Source of the DNA: Octopus sinensis
Taxonomy: Eukaryota
Reading direction: 5' to 3'
Assembly (NCBI RefSeq): GCF_006345805.1
Contig: NC_043006.1
Coordinates: 18,104,001 to 18,168,000, forward strand
DNA length: 64,000 nucleotides
The notes under the pieces were generated by a model. The model did no database searches, was not told the DNA's origin, and saw only the letters and a list, made by a program, of their open reading frames with translations. Positions 1 through 12,125 of this stretch are shown piece by piece. Every line of letters starts with the position of its first letter. Position 1 is the stretch's first letter. Both the position numbers and the translations under genes were made by a program.

Positions 1-250
1 ATATAAATATATAAGAATAATACACAGGGGATTTTAGGGGACTGTACCTCTGAAAAACCTAAACCTTGTGTATAATACACACCCCTTTCTAACTTGAGTC
101 AAGGAGGTCTATATAACGGACAGCAAATAGAGACTCGGACATTGCTTAGAAAATAATTTTGCTTTTTAACCTCGTATATAGTACACACTAGGGATTTTGA
201 TCTTTAAATTTTGGGGAAAAAATGCGGATTATACTCGAGGATTTACGGTA
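1..250. mobile_element. Right end of a Tc2/pogo-like non-autonomous DNA element (left end outside window)
   Basis: Ends ...ggattatactcgaggatttacgg|ta. This resembles the TACCGTA...CTCGAGTATAA termini of Tc2/pogo-type MITEs with a TA target. Confidence 0.35.
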
Positions 251-484
251 CATGTATATATACACACAGGCAAGTATATACATATACACATACGTATATG
301 TATGTATGTACATATGTATATGTGCATATATATATATGTATATGTGGGGTGGGGTGCATTTGTTTATCTCTACGTATATGAAGACAGATATTTGAATTTT
401 GCCAACACACTGCTCTTATCTACAGAATAGTAAATCCTTTCCACTTACACTGACGTGTATATATGTATGTGTGTGCGTGAGTAG

Positions 485-530
<46 letters not shown>

Positions 531-532
<2 letters not shown>

Positions 533-890
533 GTTGGTGTGTTTATGTCCCCATAACTTAGCAGTTCAGTAAAAGAGACTGATTGAATAAATACTAGGCT
601 TACAAAGAATAAGTCCTGGGGTCAATTTGTTCAACTAAAGGTGGTACTGCAGTATGTCCTCAGTCAGATCACTGAAACAAGTAAAAGAATAATGTATATA
701 CCCACACATATACACACATGCATGCACACAAACTTCTTTCTGTTTCCTGCCAACAAATCCTGCCAACAAATCCCCACTCACAAGTCTTTGGTCTCCCTGG
801 GGTTATAGTAGAAGACTCTTAACTAAGATGCCATGCAGGGGGACTGAGCCTGAAACCATGTAACTGAGAAGCAAACTCCTTAGCCACTCT
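531..890. mobile_element. Two SINE family A fragments, tail to tail (3' half on +, 5' half on -)
   Basis: Diverged matches to the full copy at 1364-1806. Confidence 0.7.
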
Positions 891-1363
891 TATTTACAGA
901 ACATTGAATCCTGTTCACTTACACTGCTAAATACTATCTAAAAATGCAATACCATGATATTTGTACTTCATCAACAGAAACCAAAACTCAAATATGTTTG
1001 ATCTGCACTCAATCAAGATATATTCACACATTGATACCATATTGAAAAATTCGATATGTTTGCCTAAATATACTTGGAAATAATTCTTTTTTTTCCTAGG
1101 ATTTTAAAATCTTTTCTTTCTGTTGTATTACGTTGGTGGAGACATCAGAAACAATAGAGATCCACTCATAGTATTTTAAGAATATTTAATTCAATGAAAT
1201 TGTTTGTTGCGTTTTTTTTTCTTTTGTCTTTTGATTTCACTTATCAAAGGCATCCATATTGTTTTGTTATCGATTTGGTATCAATGAAATAAGCATAGAT
1301 AGTATATTGTATTGATCTATTGGGCTCTGCCAATACCCAGTATTTTTGCAAAAAAAAAAACAC

Positions 1364-1806
1364 AGGCGCAGGAGTGGCTGTGTGGTAAGTAGCTTGCTAA
1401 CCAACCACATGGTTCCGGGTTCAGTCCCACTGCGTGGCACCTTGGGCAAATGTCTTCTGCTATAGCCCCGGGCCGACCAATGCCTTGTGAGTGGATTTGG
1501 TAGACGGAAACTGAAAGAAGCCTGTCGTATATATGTATATATATATATATGTATGTCTGTGTTGTTTGTGTGTCTGTGTTTGTCCCCCTAGCATTGCTTG
1601 ACAACCGATGCTGGTGTGTTTACGTCCCCGTCACTTAGCGGTTCGGCAAAAGAGACCGATAGAATAAGTACTGGGCTTACAAAGAATAAGTCCCGGGGTC
1701 GATTTGCTCGACTAAAGGCGGTGCTCCAGCATGGCCGCAGTCAATTGACTGAAACGAGTAAAATAGTAAAATAGTAAATAGTAAAAAATAGTAAAAATAG
1801 TAAAAT
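1364..1806 (+). mobile_element. SINE family A, full length (tRNA-like head, CORE-like segment, internal TA/TG microsatellite, 3' body, (TAAAA)-like tail)
   Basis: A-box-like TGGCTGTGTGG and B-box-like GGTTCAGTCCC, then CCTTGGGCAAG as in CORE-SINEs. About 18 full or partial copies occur in this window. Confidence 0.9.
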
Positions 1807-2056
1807 AGGCTTTGAAGAAACAAACATTTTCAACCCCATTTTCTTTAGGGCAAGACAAGTTTTCTGCTTTTTATGTTTCAACCATCCTTGGGTCTGCAGC
1901 CAGAGCTGTTAAAAATGCAGCCTCTGAGACCTGCTATCTTTGTTGCTTCTATCTCTGTCCATGATAACTCTTCTTCCTCTAACTTTTCAGTTTCTCAGGA
2001 CAGAAGACTGTAGAGCAGCTCTTACTGTCACATATGCAACAGCTGGGGTTTCTTTC

Positions 2057-2200
2057 CTGCATCGTGGCTGTTGTGATAAGAAGGTTGCTTCGCAGTCAAA
2101 TGGTTCCATGGCACCTTGGGCAAGTGTCTTCTGCTATAGCCTCGGGTCAATGAAAGCCTCATGAATGGATTTGGAAGACAGAAACTGAAAGAAGCCCATC
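2057..2200 (+). mobile_element. SINE family A 5' half
   Basis: Matches the head and CORE-like part of 1364-1530. Confidence 0.75.
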
Positions 2201-2290
2201 ATATATCGAGTCATTCGCCATGATTGATCGTTAGCCACTACACACATTTTTTTCTCTCCTTTTTTTTCTCTCCTTGTTTTTTCTGTGTAC

Positions 2291-2326
2291 CTTTCTGTAG
2301 AAGAGCAAAGGCTCGAAACGTAAAAG
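2291..2326 (+). ncRNA. Minimal type I hammerhead ribozyme motif with core variant CUGUAGA, inside a PLE pseudo-LTR-like repeat (~2205-2420)
   Basis: cttt-CTGTAGA-a-GAGC aaag GCTC-GAA-ACGT-A-aaag. Stem I 4 bp, stem II 4 bp, palindromic stem III, GUA site; A6 replaced by U. Confidence 0.65.
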
Positions 2327-2488
2327 ACTTTTTCTATTCCTGAGCGTTATACTAATACATCTGTTTGTTTTGTACACCACCTGTCTTCGTCTTTTGTTTT
2401 TTTCGTAAACTCTCCTTACACACACACACACATATATATATGTGTGTATATGTATGTATGTATATATATATATATATATATATATACC

Positions 2489-2800
2489 CACATCATCATC
2501 ATTATCATCGCTTAACGTCCGCTTCTCATGCTAGCATGTGTTGGACGATTTGACTGAGGACTGGCAAACCAGATGGCTACACCAAGCTCCAATATTGATC
2601 TGGCAGAGTTTCTACAGCTGGATGCCCTTCCTAATGCCAACCACTCCGAGACTGTAGTGGGTGCTTTTACATGCCAGTCAGGCGGTACTGGCAACAGCCA
2701 CGCCCAAATGGAATTTTTTTATATGCCACCTGCACACCGGCACAAGTGCAGTAATGCAACGCTGGTAACAATCACACTCAGATGGTGCTGTTCGTGTTCC
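2489..2800 (-). mobile_element. (GAT)n-tailed RTE-like 3' element
   Basis: Reverse complement of ...ggttggcgttaggaagggcatccagctgtagaaac...ccaacccatgctagcatggaaagcggacgttaaacgatgatg, repeated many times in the window. Confidence 0.8.
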
Positions 2801-2842
2801 ACTAGCACGGATGCCAGTCATCGAATTATATATATATATACA

Positions 2843-3253
2843 TAGGCGCAGGAGTGGCTGTATGGTAAGTAGCTTGTCTACCAACCACATGGTTCCGGGT
2901 TCAGTCCCACTGCGTGGCACCTTGGGCAAGTGTCTTCTACTATAGCCTCGGGCTGACCAAAGCCTTGTGAGTGGATTTGGCAGACGGAAACTGAAAGAAG
3001 CCCGTCGTATATATGTATATATATATATATATGAGTTTGTGTGTCTGTGTTTGTCCCCTAGCATTGCTTGGCAACCGATGCTGGTGTGTTTATGTCCCCG
3101 TTACTTAGCGGTTCGGCAAAAGAGACCAATAGAATAAGTACTAGGCTTACAAAAGAATAAGTCCCAGGGTCGAGTTGCTCGATTAAAGGCGGTGCTCCAG
3201 CATGGCTGCAGTCAAATGACTGAAACGAGTAAAAGAGTAAAAGAGAGTAAAGA
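2843..3253 (+). mobile_element. SINE family A, full length
   Basis: Near-identical to 1364-1806. Confidence 0.9.
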
Positions 3254-3265
3254 GTATACATACAT

Positions 3266-3296
<31 letters not shown>

Positions 3297-3479
3297 GGAA
3301 ACTAGTTTGTTACAAAACCTCTGTTCAAGTTAGAAGCATTATACGAACCCAAAAGTTTATGGCCACTTTAATGTTGCTGTCCAAACAGATTTTCTAACAG
3401 ACTAATTTCCTAGTTACAAAAATCAACGATTGTATGACACTGTGTTTTCTATATATTGCAAGTAAGGCTAAACTGGTGA

Positions 3480-3608
3480 CATCCCTGGCAATGGAGTATC
3501 CACCACCAAGGAGATCCCATACAGATTAAAACCATGTGGTCCGTCCAACCCATGCTAGCATGGAAAACGGACGCTAAACGATGATGATGATGATGATGAT
3601 GATGATGG
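3480..3608 (+). mobile_element. Short retro-fragment sharing only the terminal ~45 nt and (GAT)n tail of the RTE-like element
   Basis: ccgtccaacccatgctagcatggaaaacggacgctaaacgatgatg, with an unrelated 5' part. Confidence 0.65.
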
Positions 3609-4141
3609 TCTGATGGTCTTGGAGCTAGGGTGGCAGGTGTCATCTCCCACTGCAATAAATATTAAGTGCGAGAAGCACACTGAGTAAACCAGCTGGAGCA
3701 AATGTCTTCTTGGAGTTAAAATGGTAGCACCATCATCTCTTAGAGGACAGCCACATTAAAGTGGCTATAAACAATACTTATATATATATATATATATATA
3801 AATGGTAGTGCCCCAGCATGGCCACAGCTCGTGAGCTAAAACTAGATAAAATAAAATAAAATAAAATAAAATATATATATTTATAAAATTTGATTAGCGG
3901 TTATATTATAGAGTCTGCTATAATGAATACATAAACAAGCATATAAACATCTATTGGGATATTTTTTGCTCCTTCTGAAGATATTATGCTCAGAAATATG
4001 AACTTAATATTTAATAAAATCACTGTGAGTAATTGAAACAGCTGTAAGGGATAATGTTCGATTTGTTGTTGATAATAAACTCTTATTAACTTCACAATCT
4101 CCATTTCCTTCTTCTTCTCTTATACATATATATATATTTAT

Positions 4142-4442
4142 GTGGAGGCGCAATGGCCTAGTGGTTAGGGCAGTGGACTCGCAGTTGCAGGATCATGGTT
4201 TCGATTCCCAGACCGGGCGTTGTGAGTGTTTATTGAGCGAAAACACCTAAAAGCCCCACGAGGCTCCGGCAGGTGGTGGTGATCCCTGCTGTACTCTTTC
4301 ACCACTCTTTCTTCTGTTGGCCTGCTCACTTAGCCAGCGGGGTGGCGTCATTCGAAGGCTAAAACAATGCGAACGCATTGTGACCAGCGATGTGTAACAA
4401 CACCTGATTGTCTGGTCGGTCACGTGATCACGTGACGTGATA
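4142..4442 (+). mobile_element. SINE family B (tRNA-like head), tail type 1 (GTGAC/GTGAT repeats)
   Basis: A-box TGGCCTAGTGG and B-box GGTTTCGATTCCC. Head and body are shared with 35412 and 50770. Confidence 0.8.
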
Positions 4443-4444
4443 TA

Positions 4445-4475
<31 letters not shown>

Positions 4476-4584
4476 CAATGTCCAATATTTTTTTAAAATC
4501 TGGATTTGTCTCCGTTAACAGGGGTTGTTGGATCTACCTCATTCTTACAGCAACTGCTCTCACACCATCTCGTCATCTCATCCA

Positions 4585-4840
4585 TTATTGCCTGGAGGAC
4601 TATGATAAATAGGAGGGGGCTGAGGACTGAACCTTGGTGGACCCCTACCTCTACCCTGAATTCTTCACTGTACTCGTTGCCAACCCTCACCTTACTTACA
4701 GCATCCCCGTACATGGCTTTGACAGCTCTCACTAACCATTCATCTATCCCTAGTTTTCTCATTGACCACCAGATAAGGGATCGGGGGACCCTGTCAAAAG
4801 CTTTCTCCATGTCAATGAAAGCCAGGTACAGGGGCTTAAC
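4585..4840 (-). pseudogene. Internal fragment of an RTE-clade LINE reverse transcriptase
   Basis: KPLYLAFIDMEKAFDRVPR...VGVHQGSVLSPLLFIIVLQAI contains the RT motifs D..KAFD and QGSVLSP. Confidence 0.9.
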
Positions 4841-5037
4841 TTTCTGTATGTTATATATATTTGTAAGTCCTGGTGTTTTTGTTATGTATTTGTCTGAATA
4901 TTTTTTATCATACCTAATGCACCTATGATAGGAATTGTTTCTATTTTTAGATTCCACATTCGAGTCACCTCTATTTCCAGGTCTTTGTATTTTGAAAGTT
5001 TCTCCATTTCTTTTAGAGAAACATTGTCATCTGCTGG
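4841..5037 (-). pseudogene. R4/Dong-like non-LTR element, restriction-like endonuclease C-terminal fragment
   Basis: IPADDNVSLKEMEKLSKYKDLEIEVTRMW...IPIIGALG...TKTPGLTNIYNIQK. Homologous to ~12270-12460; its 5' end abuts (TAA)n. Confidence 0.8.
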
Positions 5038-5077
5038 TATTATTATTATTATCATTATTATTATTATTATCATTATA

Positions 5078-5112
<35 letters not shown>

Positions 5113-5126
5113 CATTATCATCATTG
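5038..5126. repeat. (ATT/ATC)n microsatellite
   Basis: Direct observation. Confidence 0.95.
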
Positions 5127-5253
5127 ATATTTGCTTTCACTAATTTCATGTAAGTTTTCATCTGATCTTGAGGTGTCTGTAATATATTTGTTTTGTCTTG
5201 TTTTCTCTTTTGTTTGTTGGTTTGTTTTTTGTTTTTTTTTTGTTTTTCTACAG

Positions 5254-5360
5254 AATTTGAAGATGTTTTTGCATTCTATTGTGGCCGGGGTTATTTTTGT
5301 TCTCTCCCACACTTTGTTATGAAACCTTTCATCTTACGAAAAGGTTATTGTGTCAAACAG
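5254..5360 (+). CDS. Candidate internal exon of an unidentified host gene (xFEDVFAFYCGRGYFCSLPHFVMKPFILRKGYCVKQ)
   Basis: Long polypyrimidine tract ending ttctacag, a 107-nt stop-free frame, donor CAG|gtattg, and unique non-repetitive sequence. No homolog recognised. Confidence 0.4.
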
Positions 5361-5799
5361 GTATTGTATGAATCAGAAAGAAAAAAAAAAACATTAAAAC
5401 AGGCCTTGTACATTGTGTGTGCCATAGCCTTCCTGGCTATTTTTGAGTTCTGTGTTGCTAAGTTGCAGGCCTTGTATGACTTTAAGCAATTTTCTATTCA
5501 TATTTCTTTCCTACACTTATCTTTATCAAAAGTGTTTCTCTCTTTCTCCCTCCTCCCTCTCTCTCTCTCTCTCTTTCTGTCTCTGTATTTTTATTTTTCT
5601 CTCTCTATCCTCCAACACATTTTGTTCATTTTCATTTCAATGCATTTGTACTTCAATAGCTTTTCATGCTTCCTTCCCAGAAATATCTTTGGTTGGAAAG
5701 ACATCAAGTTGATTTTTTTTTGTGTGTATGTGTGTGTGTGTGGGGGGGGGGGGTCAGAGTTTTCCTTTACTTTTCTCCCTTTATCTTTTATCTTTTTTA

Positions 5800-6180
5800 T
5801 TATTTGTTTCAGTCATTAGACTGTGGCCATGCTGGGGCACCACCTTGAAGAATTTCACTCAAGTGACTCGACCCCCTGTACTTATTTTCTGGTGCTTATT
5901 CCATCAGTATCTTTTGCCAAACCACTAAATTATGAGGACACAAACACACCAACACTGGTTGTCAAGTGTGGTGGGGTACAAACACCCACACACACCACAC
6001 ATATTTATTTATACAATTATATATACGACATGTTTCTTTCAATTTCTCTCTACTAAATCCACTCACAAGGCTTTGGTCTGCCTGAAGCTATAGCAGAAAA
6101 CATTTGTCCTAGGTGCCATGCAGTGGGACTGGACCTGGAGCCATGTGGTTGGGAAGCAAAGCTTCTTACCACACAGCCAC
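5800..6180 (-). mobile_element. SINE family A, diverged full-length copy
   Basis: Colinear reverse-complement match to 1364-1806. Confidence 0.8.
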
Positions 6181-6287
6181 ATCTACATCATTTATTTATA
6201 TATTTTTAGTATTATAACCATTGTCATAATCACATTTTTTAAATTCAGAGTATGTCTATACCATATATATATATATGTTTATATATT

Positions 6288-6319
<32 letters not shown>

Positions 6320-6334
6320 TATACGTATATATAT

Positions 6335-6470
6335 ATATATTCAGCCGAAATTACTACGATGATCCGGTTCTTGACTGAAGACTGAGGGGTTCGAATGTCC
6401 TGTCCATGTTTATTGTATCGTCTTCTATGAGTTATACGTTCTTGTCCATGTTGTATTTTTCTACATACCT
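6335..6470 (+). repeat. Solo terminal-repeat-like unit embedded in (TA)n, related to the 143-bp repeats at 44757/45514
   Basis: cagccgaaattactacgatgatccggttcttgactgaagactgaggggttcgaatgtcc matches the reverse complement of 44830-44895. Confidence 0.7.
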
Positions 6471-6794
6471 TAATATATATATATATATATATATATATAG
6501 GTGAGAAAGTTGGTGTGTGAAAGCACATGGTTGAATATATAGAAAATAGTAAAAAGTGAAAAAACTACAGAAGGCTTGTTTTAAAAGGTTAAAAAAAATA
6601 TATTTGAGTCATTATGTCTGAAGAATGTTATAAATTTTTTTCATTGTATGAAAAAAATTTATAACCTTAGTTTTTTTGTGTGTGTATGTGTGTGTGTGGG
6701 GGGTAAGAGTTTTCCTTTACTTTTCTCCCTTTATCTTTTTTATAATTTGTTTCAGTTTTATTATTTGTTTTCAGTTTTTTCACTTTTTACTATT

Positions 6795-6830
<36 letters not shown>

Positions 6831-7391
6831 CTTTCTTTTTCTTTCATTATTCAGATTTGTCAAGGATAAATCTACATACTGTCTAATGGAGTTACCTACT
6901 TATCTGACCATACATGACGACTTGGTTGCTGGAAATGATGTAGTAGATTGTTTATTTATGTTGATTGCACACTTTGCATAAGCTGTCATTCTCTTATTTC
7001 ATTAACTATTTGCGTCTTGTAGAGTTAAAATCAAACCTTCCGCTTCCGTTATTAGTCCAGAGTTTTGTGAGACTTCATTGGTTTCCATATTGGCCCATTT
7101 TCTAGCTTTACAATCACATAGGATACTGACCTGAGAGAAATTATAACTCTTCACTTTTTCTTTTGCTTTTAAATCACTTTTTGTTATGTTTTTCTTATCA
7201 TTTTTATGCTGTTTTCTTCATTTCTAAACATTTTCCTTCTGTGTAATTAGCTTGTAGTTTATATTGTCACATTTTCTTTATACAGGAAGTCTCCCAGAGC
7301 TGAGCTGCTTTTTCTCAGCATTGAGAGGTACTGCAGATATGGGATTAGAACACAAGACAGATTCTCCAAGCTGAGCCAACTGTATATGAGA

Positions 7392-7680
7392 GGAGTGAAG
7401 GCACATAGCTAAGTGGTTAGGGCATTCAGTTTGCAATTATCCAGTTATGAGTTCAATACTCATTGGTACATTGTGTCCTTGAGCAAGGCACTTATTTCGT
7501 ATTGCTCCAGTCTTCTCACCTGATAAAAATGAGTAGTACCTGTAAGTCAAAGAATTGGTCATGTTACAGGTATGCATGTCTGTGGAGCGTTCAGCCACAT
7601 GCATGTTAATTTCATGAGCAAGCTGTTCCATTTATTGGATCAGCTGAAACACTCATCATCGTAACTGATGCTGTGCCAGT
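7392..7680 (+). mobile_element. SINE family C (tRNA-like head plus CORE-like segment)
   Basis: tagctaagtggttagggcattc...gagttcaat...gtgtccttgagcaaggcactt...aaaaatgagt; matches 10943-11288. Confidence 0.75.
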
Positions 7681-8384
7681 CATATGTGAAAAGAGACTCC
7701 CTTCCCCTTGCAATCTTTACCCACATTTGGTGTTAACATTTCCGTTGATTGCTCTGGTAAAACTGTGATTTTATCTTGATTGATTTTGCACTGACAGTTT
7801 TTGTTGGCTTGGTTCTAATCAATCACTAAAGCAAATCTTTAGACTCTGAGTAAAATAATGAGATTCTAGCATGTTTCTCTTTTTATGTTTTTGTTCATAT
7901 GTTTTTTAAATCATAGATGAAGTGTCCAGCAAGTTTATTACTGCCAACTCATAAATTCACCATGAATAATTTATGTCATGATAAATACATCACCTGTAAT
8001 TTTTTACATCACTTGAATATTTTATTTTGCAGCAAAATATTGAAAAAGCAGTAAATTCATCATAATGCTTTTTATCCATAGAGTAACTACACCTTAAAAT
8101 GTTATTTAAAATTTCTCTTCGTATAGTGAATAAATACTTTGCATTTCCTTAATGCAAAATAAAGTTTTTCTTTCATTTGTTGCCTTACAGCATATAAAAG
8201 AGCCTGTGTAATAAGCTTAATTTTCTTAACTGCCTGATAAAATAAGTATATTTGGTTTCTCTGCTGTAACACAGGGGAAAATGTATGTGAGTACAAAAAT
8301 TTAAAGGACTGTATAATGAAATTTTATGTTCCACTCTTCATTTCCTGATGATCTTAAAAAAAAACATGTTTAGATCTTCTATGT

Positions 8385-8680
8385 CAGGGGTTGGGGAACA
8401 TTTTTTGCTAATTACCCCAAAATATATTTATTTACCCCACTGATTTGAAAATAAGCATTCATAGATTCCTTGAATTCAAAAGGTTCATTGAATCTGTTTT
8501 ATCAAATCTATTGATATGAATTTATTTATGCATTCATATTACAGTGGACAGATGCAGTGTTGTCAGAGGAAAAATTTCTCTCATAACAAGGAACACATTT
8601 TTTAATATAATTTTACTTACATCTAATGAGTCCTCATTACCCCCAAGAATTTCATTTTTACCCCAGTTCACTGACCCCTG
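8385..8680. mobile_element. hAT-type MITE (296 bp)
   Basis: TIRs CAGGGGTTGGGGAAC / GTTCACTGACCCCTG, with a perfect 8-bp TSD TTCTATGT at 8377-8384 and 8681-8688. Confidence 0.85.
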
Positions 8681-9044
8681 TTCTATGTGCTTAGTAATAA
8701 GTCAAAATACAATAAATTATATTACTGACACAGGCTGCTACAGAAAAAAACTATGTGGACTAATTAGCTTTAAGTCATTATATTTTGATTTGATCTCAAG
8801 AGGAAATAATGGCCTGAGTCGATGTGAAACTGTTCATTAACAATAGAAAAGAAATTCAAGGAGAATTATGAATATCAAATTTTATTTAATATGTACAGGA
8901 AAAGAAATCAAATTAATTTTATAAAAATAATATTTTTTTAAAATTGCAGTAAAAAGATAACACTATTTTAAAATGAAGGAAGGAAGAAGCATTCTAAAAA
9001 GACAAATTATGACCAATGCCTCTTAAATAATATTTTGTTAGTTT

Positions 9045-9720
9045 GATATCCACTATATACTTAAAGTGGTTATAATGTTGAAGCCTCAAATCTGTGGGTT
9101 TCATCTCAAAAAAGCATCTCTTATAGACATATAGTATTAAAAAGCACTGATATATATCAGTAAAAGACAAAAACTTCCAGTAGTGGAGGTGGTGTTGCTA
9201 TATATGTATTTCTGCATCTTTGAACTTCATCAGAAGCAAGTATCTGCTGGCAACTGCACACTAAGACAAATTTAGCTTCTACCGATATAGAAAAACAGTA
9301 ATTGAAAAATCACCAATGTTGCAATTAGCTGGCAGGCTGAAAGATATTTTTTATAAGTGCCAGAAGCAGTTGTAGTTCAAAATAGCAATCTATATATCAT
9401 ACTTAAATCAGATATACAGTTGAAATCCAGAAAGCTGTTGTATTTGTCTCAAGAAAGCATCTCCTATTGACATATAGAGTAGAAGTTAAATTAATCTTAA
9501 CAAGCAGTTGTTAGTGGATACTTGCAATTTAAAATGCTCAAAGAAGCACATATACATATTTAAAAAGTGCCACCATTACTGCTGGACATTTTTTTGTCTG
9601 TTACCGATATGTAACTGTGTTTTTTAACACTATACATCTACAAGAGATACTTTCTTGAGACAAAAACCAACCACAATTTTTTGGGGCTTTCAACCGTATA
9701 TTTGCTTTAGGTATGATATA
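9045..9720. repeat. Three diverged copies of a ~90-150 bp unit (two direct, one inverted)
   Basis: tctcaa(a/g)aaagcatctc...gacatatag at ~9105 and ~9446; reverse complement at ~9570-9720. Confidence 0.6.
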
Positions 9721-10039
9721 AGGTTTGCTATTTTGAACTAAAAGTGCTTTTGATGCTTATGACAAAATATGTAAATATGTCTGTGCGTGTGCGTGTTTGT
9801 GTGAATGCATAAATATATGTATGTGTGTGTGTATAACTATAGATATATATATATGTACGTATATCCCTCTCTCTCTTTCGGAGAGGCACTGAGCAGCTAT
9901 ACGCACACATACACACATGGCAGTAACTTCCACCTACCGAACTCAATCACAAAGCTCCGGTCGGCTCGGGGCTATAGTGGAAGACATCTACCCAAAGTGC
10001 CATGCAGTGGGACTGAACCCGAAACCATGTAGCTAGGAA

Positions 10040-10046
10040 GTATATA

Positions 10047-10140
<94 letters not shown>

Positions 10141-10259
10141 ATATTTATATATATTATATATTATATATATATATAATGTATATATATATATATTTATATA
10201 TATATTTATATATATATATATAATATATTTTATATATATATTATATATATATATATATA

Positions 10260-10293
<34 letters not shown>

Positions 10294-10360
10294 GTATATA
10301 TATATATATATATATATATAATGTATATATATATATAATATATATATATATATACATACA
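10040..10360. repeat. Degenerate (TA)n tract
   Basis: Direct observation. Confidence 0.95.
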
Positions 10361-10942
10361 TGTTACTTGATTTGATTAGCAGATCTGTTTTTACATTAGT
10401 TGTATTATGATAAAAATGTTAAGTCATAGCTAAAGGTTTTGGGTGATCACTAAAACTGATAAAAAGATGAATAAATAAATAGTGCGAGTTCTTTATATAT
10501 TGATGGTATTTTCGAAATGGAGACATTTGGGCATTTATAGTAATTTATAGCAACTTAGGCTTATCTGATTTGGTTTTATGCAAAGATGGACAGATGTGTA
10601 GTTGGAAAGGAGAGAGACATAGACAGAAAGACAGAAACAGACAGATAGACAGATGGACGGACAGGTTGACAAACAGACAAAAGGTGATGGTGATAAGAGA
10701 AAGAGAAAGAGGAGACTGGCATGTAGAAGAACATTAAGAGAAAATGTTTGGGCAATTCCTTAAATGAGATAAAAGTCAGATTTCTTAGGGTTATACATAA
10801 AACATTAGTAAATTATGAAAAATTCCATAGCGTCTTTCTGTCCTACAAATTTTCTATACTCATCTACTTTTATGGTATCAGATAAATGCATCTGATAATA
10901 TTGATGTATAGAAGAAAATGACAGATACATACTTGCATACAC

Positions 10943-11288
10943 AAAGGAGCACTCCGTTGGTTACGACGATGAGGGTCCCAGCTGATACGATCAACAGAAC
11001 AGCCTGCTCATGAAATTAACGTACAAGTGGCTGAGCACTCCACAGACATGTGTACCCCTAATGTAGTTCTCAGGGAGATTCAGCAGGATACAAAGTGTGA
11101 CAAGGCTGGCCCTTTGAAATACAGGTACAACTCATTTTTGCCAGCTGAGTGGACTGGAGCAACGTGAAATAAAGTGTCTTGCTCAAGGACACAACGCGTC
11201 GCCGGGAATCGAACTCACGGCCTTACAATCGTGAGCTGAATGCCCTAACCACTAAGTCACGTGCCTTCACATACTTGCATACATATAT
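10943..11288 (-). mobile_element. SINE family C, full length
   Basis: The reverse complement carries A and B boxes, the CORE-like segment and the same tail as 7392-7680. Confidence 0.85.
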
Positions 11289-11311
11289 GCTTACATAAAT
11301 ATATATATATA

Positions 11312-12050
11312 GTCCTGCACCCTTCCAATTCAGTATTCTTCCTAACACTTTATTCATTAAAGCACTAGCTAGTTTTAGACCTGGCTGTTTTTCACTAACT
11401 GCCTCTTTCATTTTCTTTAACCATTCAGCATTTCCATTATGATTAACTGGCTTATTCCAGATATTATCCAAAACTTTCTAGCTCCTTTTGCATTAAGCTT
11501 CTCATCTTCAGTAGTTTCTTCTACACTATTTATTTGGCAATAAAATCTCCTCTGGTCTGTCTCAAACAATCTGTTCTATTGGTACTAATTTATTCTTTTC
11601 TAATATCTGGAAAGCTTACCTGCTCTTGCTAGGATATGCTGTTTCAGCTCTTCCATGGCTATTCCAAATCTTCTCTCTTTGACTAAGTATTTTTTCTCAA
11701 GAGAAGATTTTAAAATCTTGTGTTTCCTAAATTGTCCTATTTCCAGGTTCCTATTCTATTCTGACCTTGGCTTAAAGTTTTCACTTTATTTTCTAATCTC
11801 TTGTTTTGCATCTGCTCCTTCCTAGTAATTTCTTAAGGAATACCTAGTCCACTAGTAACTATTACCCCTCTTGCATAAATCAATAGGGTACTTATATTTC
11901 TAGCATTTATCCAACTGATAGCAGCACCTAATTTCCTAGTAATATCTAACAATTTCCTTCTATTAACACCTTTTAGTGCTGGTAATCTTTGTCTTTCTTC
12001 TTTACTCAGTACTTCCTTCAACTCATCTAAAATCCAACTGGCAGTGCTAT
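11312..12050 (-). pseudogene. R4/Dong-like element, pre-RT (N-terminal) fragment
   Basis: RLPALKGVNRRKLL...; IWNKPVNHNGNAEWL...ILNWKGAG resembles the NWKAPG motif preceding the RT. Contains stops. Confidence 0.65.
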
Positions 12051-12080
12051 TATTTTTTCTTGTAGGTTATTTTTTATCAA

Positions 12081-12123
<43 letters not shown>

Positions 12124-12125
<2 letters not shown>

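Noticed and set aside
4142-4225. tRNA gene-like sequence (also at 35412, 50770 and family A/C heads)
   Set aside because: A/B boxes are present but continue into SINE bodies, and I could not fold a complete cloverleaf.
8191-8285. Strong acceptor (ccttacag) and donor (gtgagt) pair
   Set aside because: Stops in all three frames; it could only be non-coding, and there is no other support.
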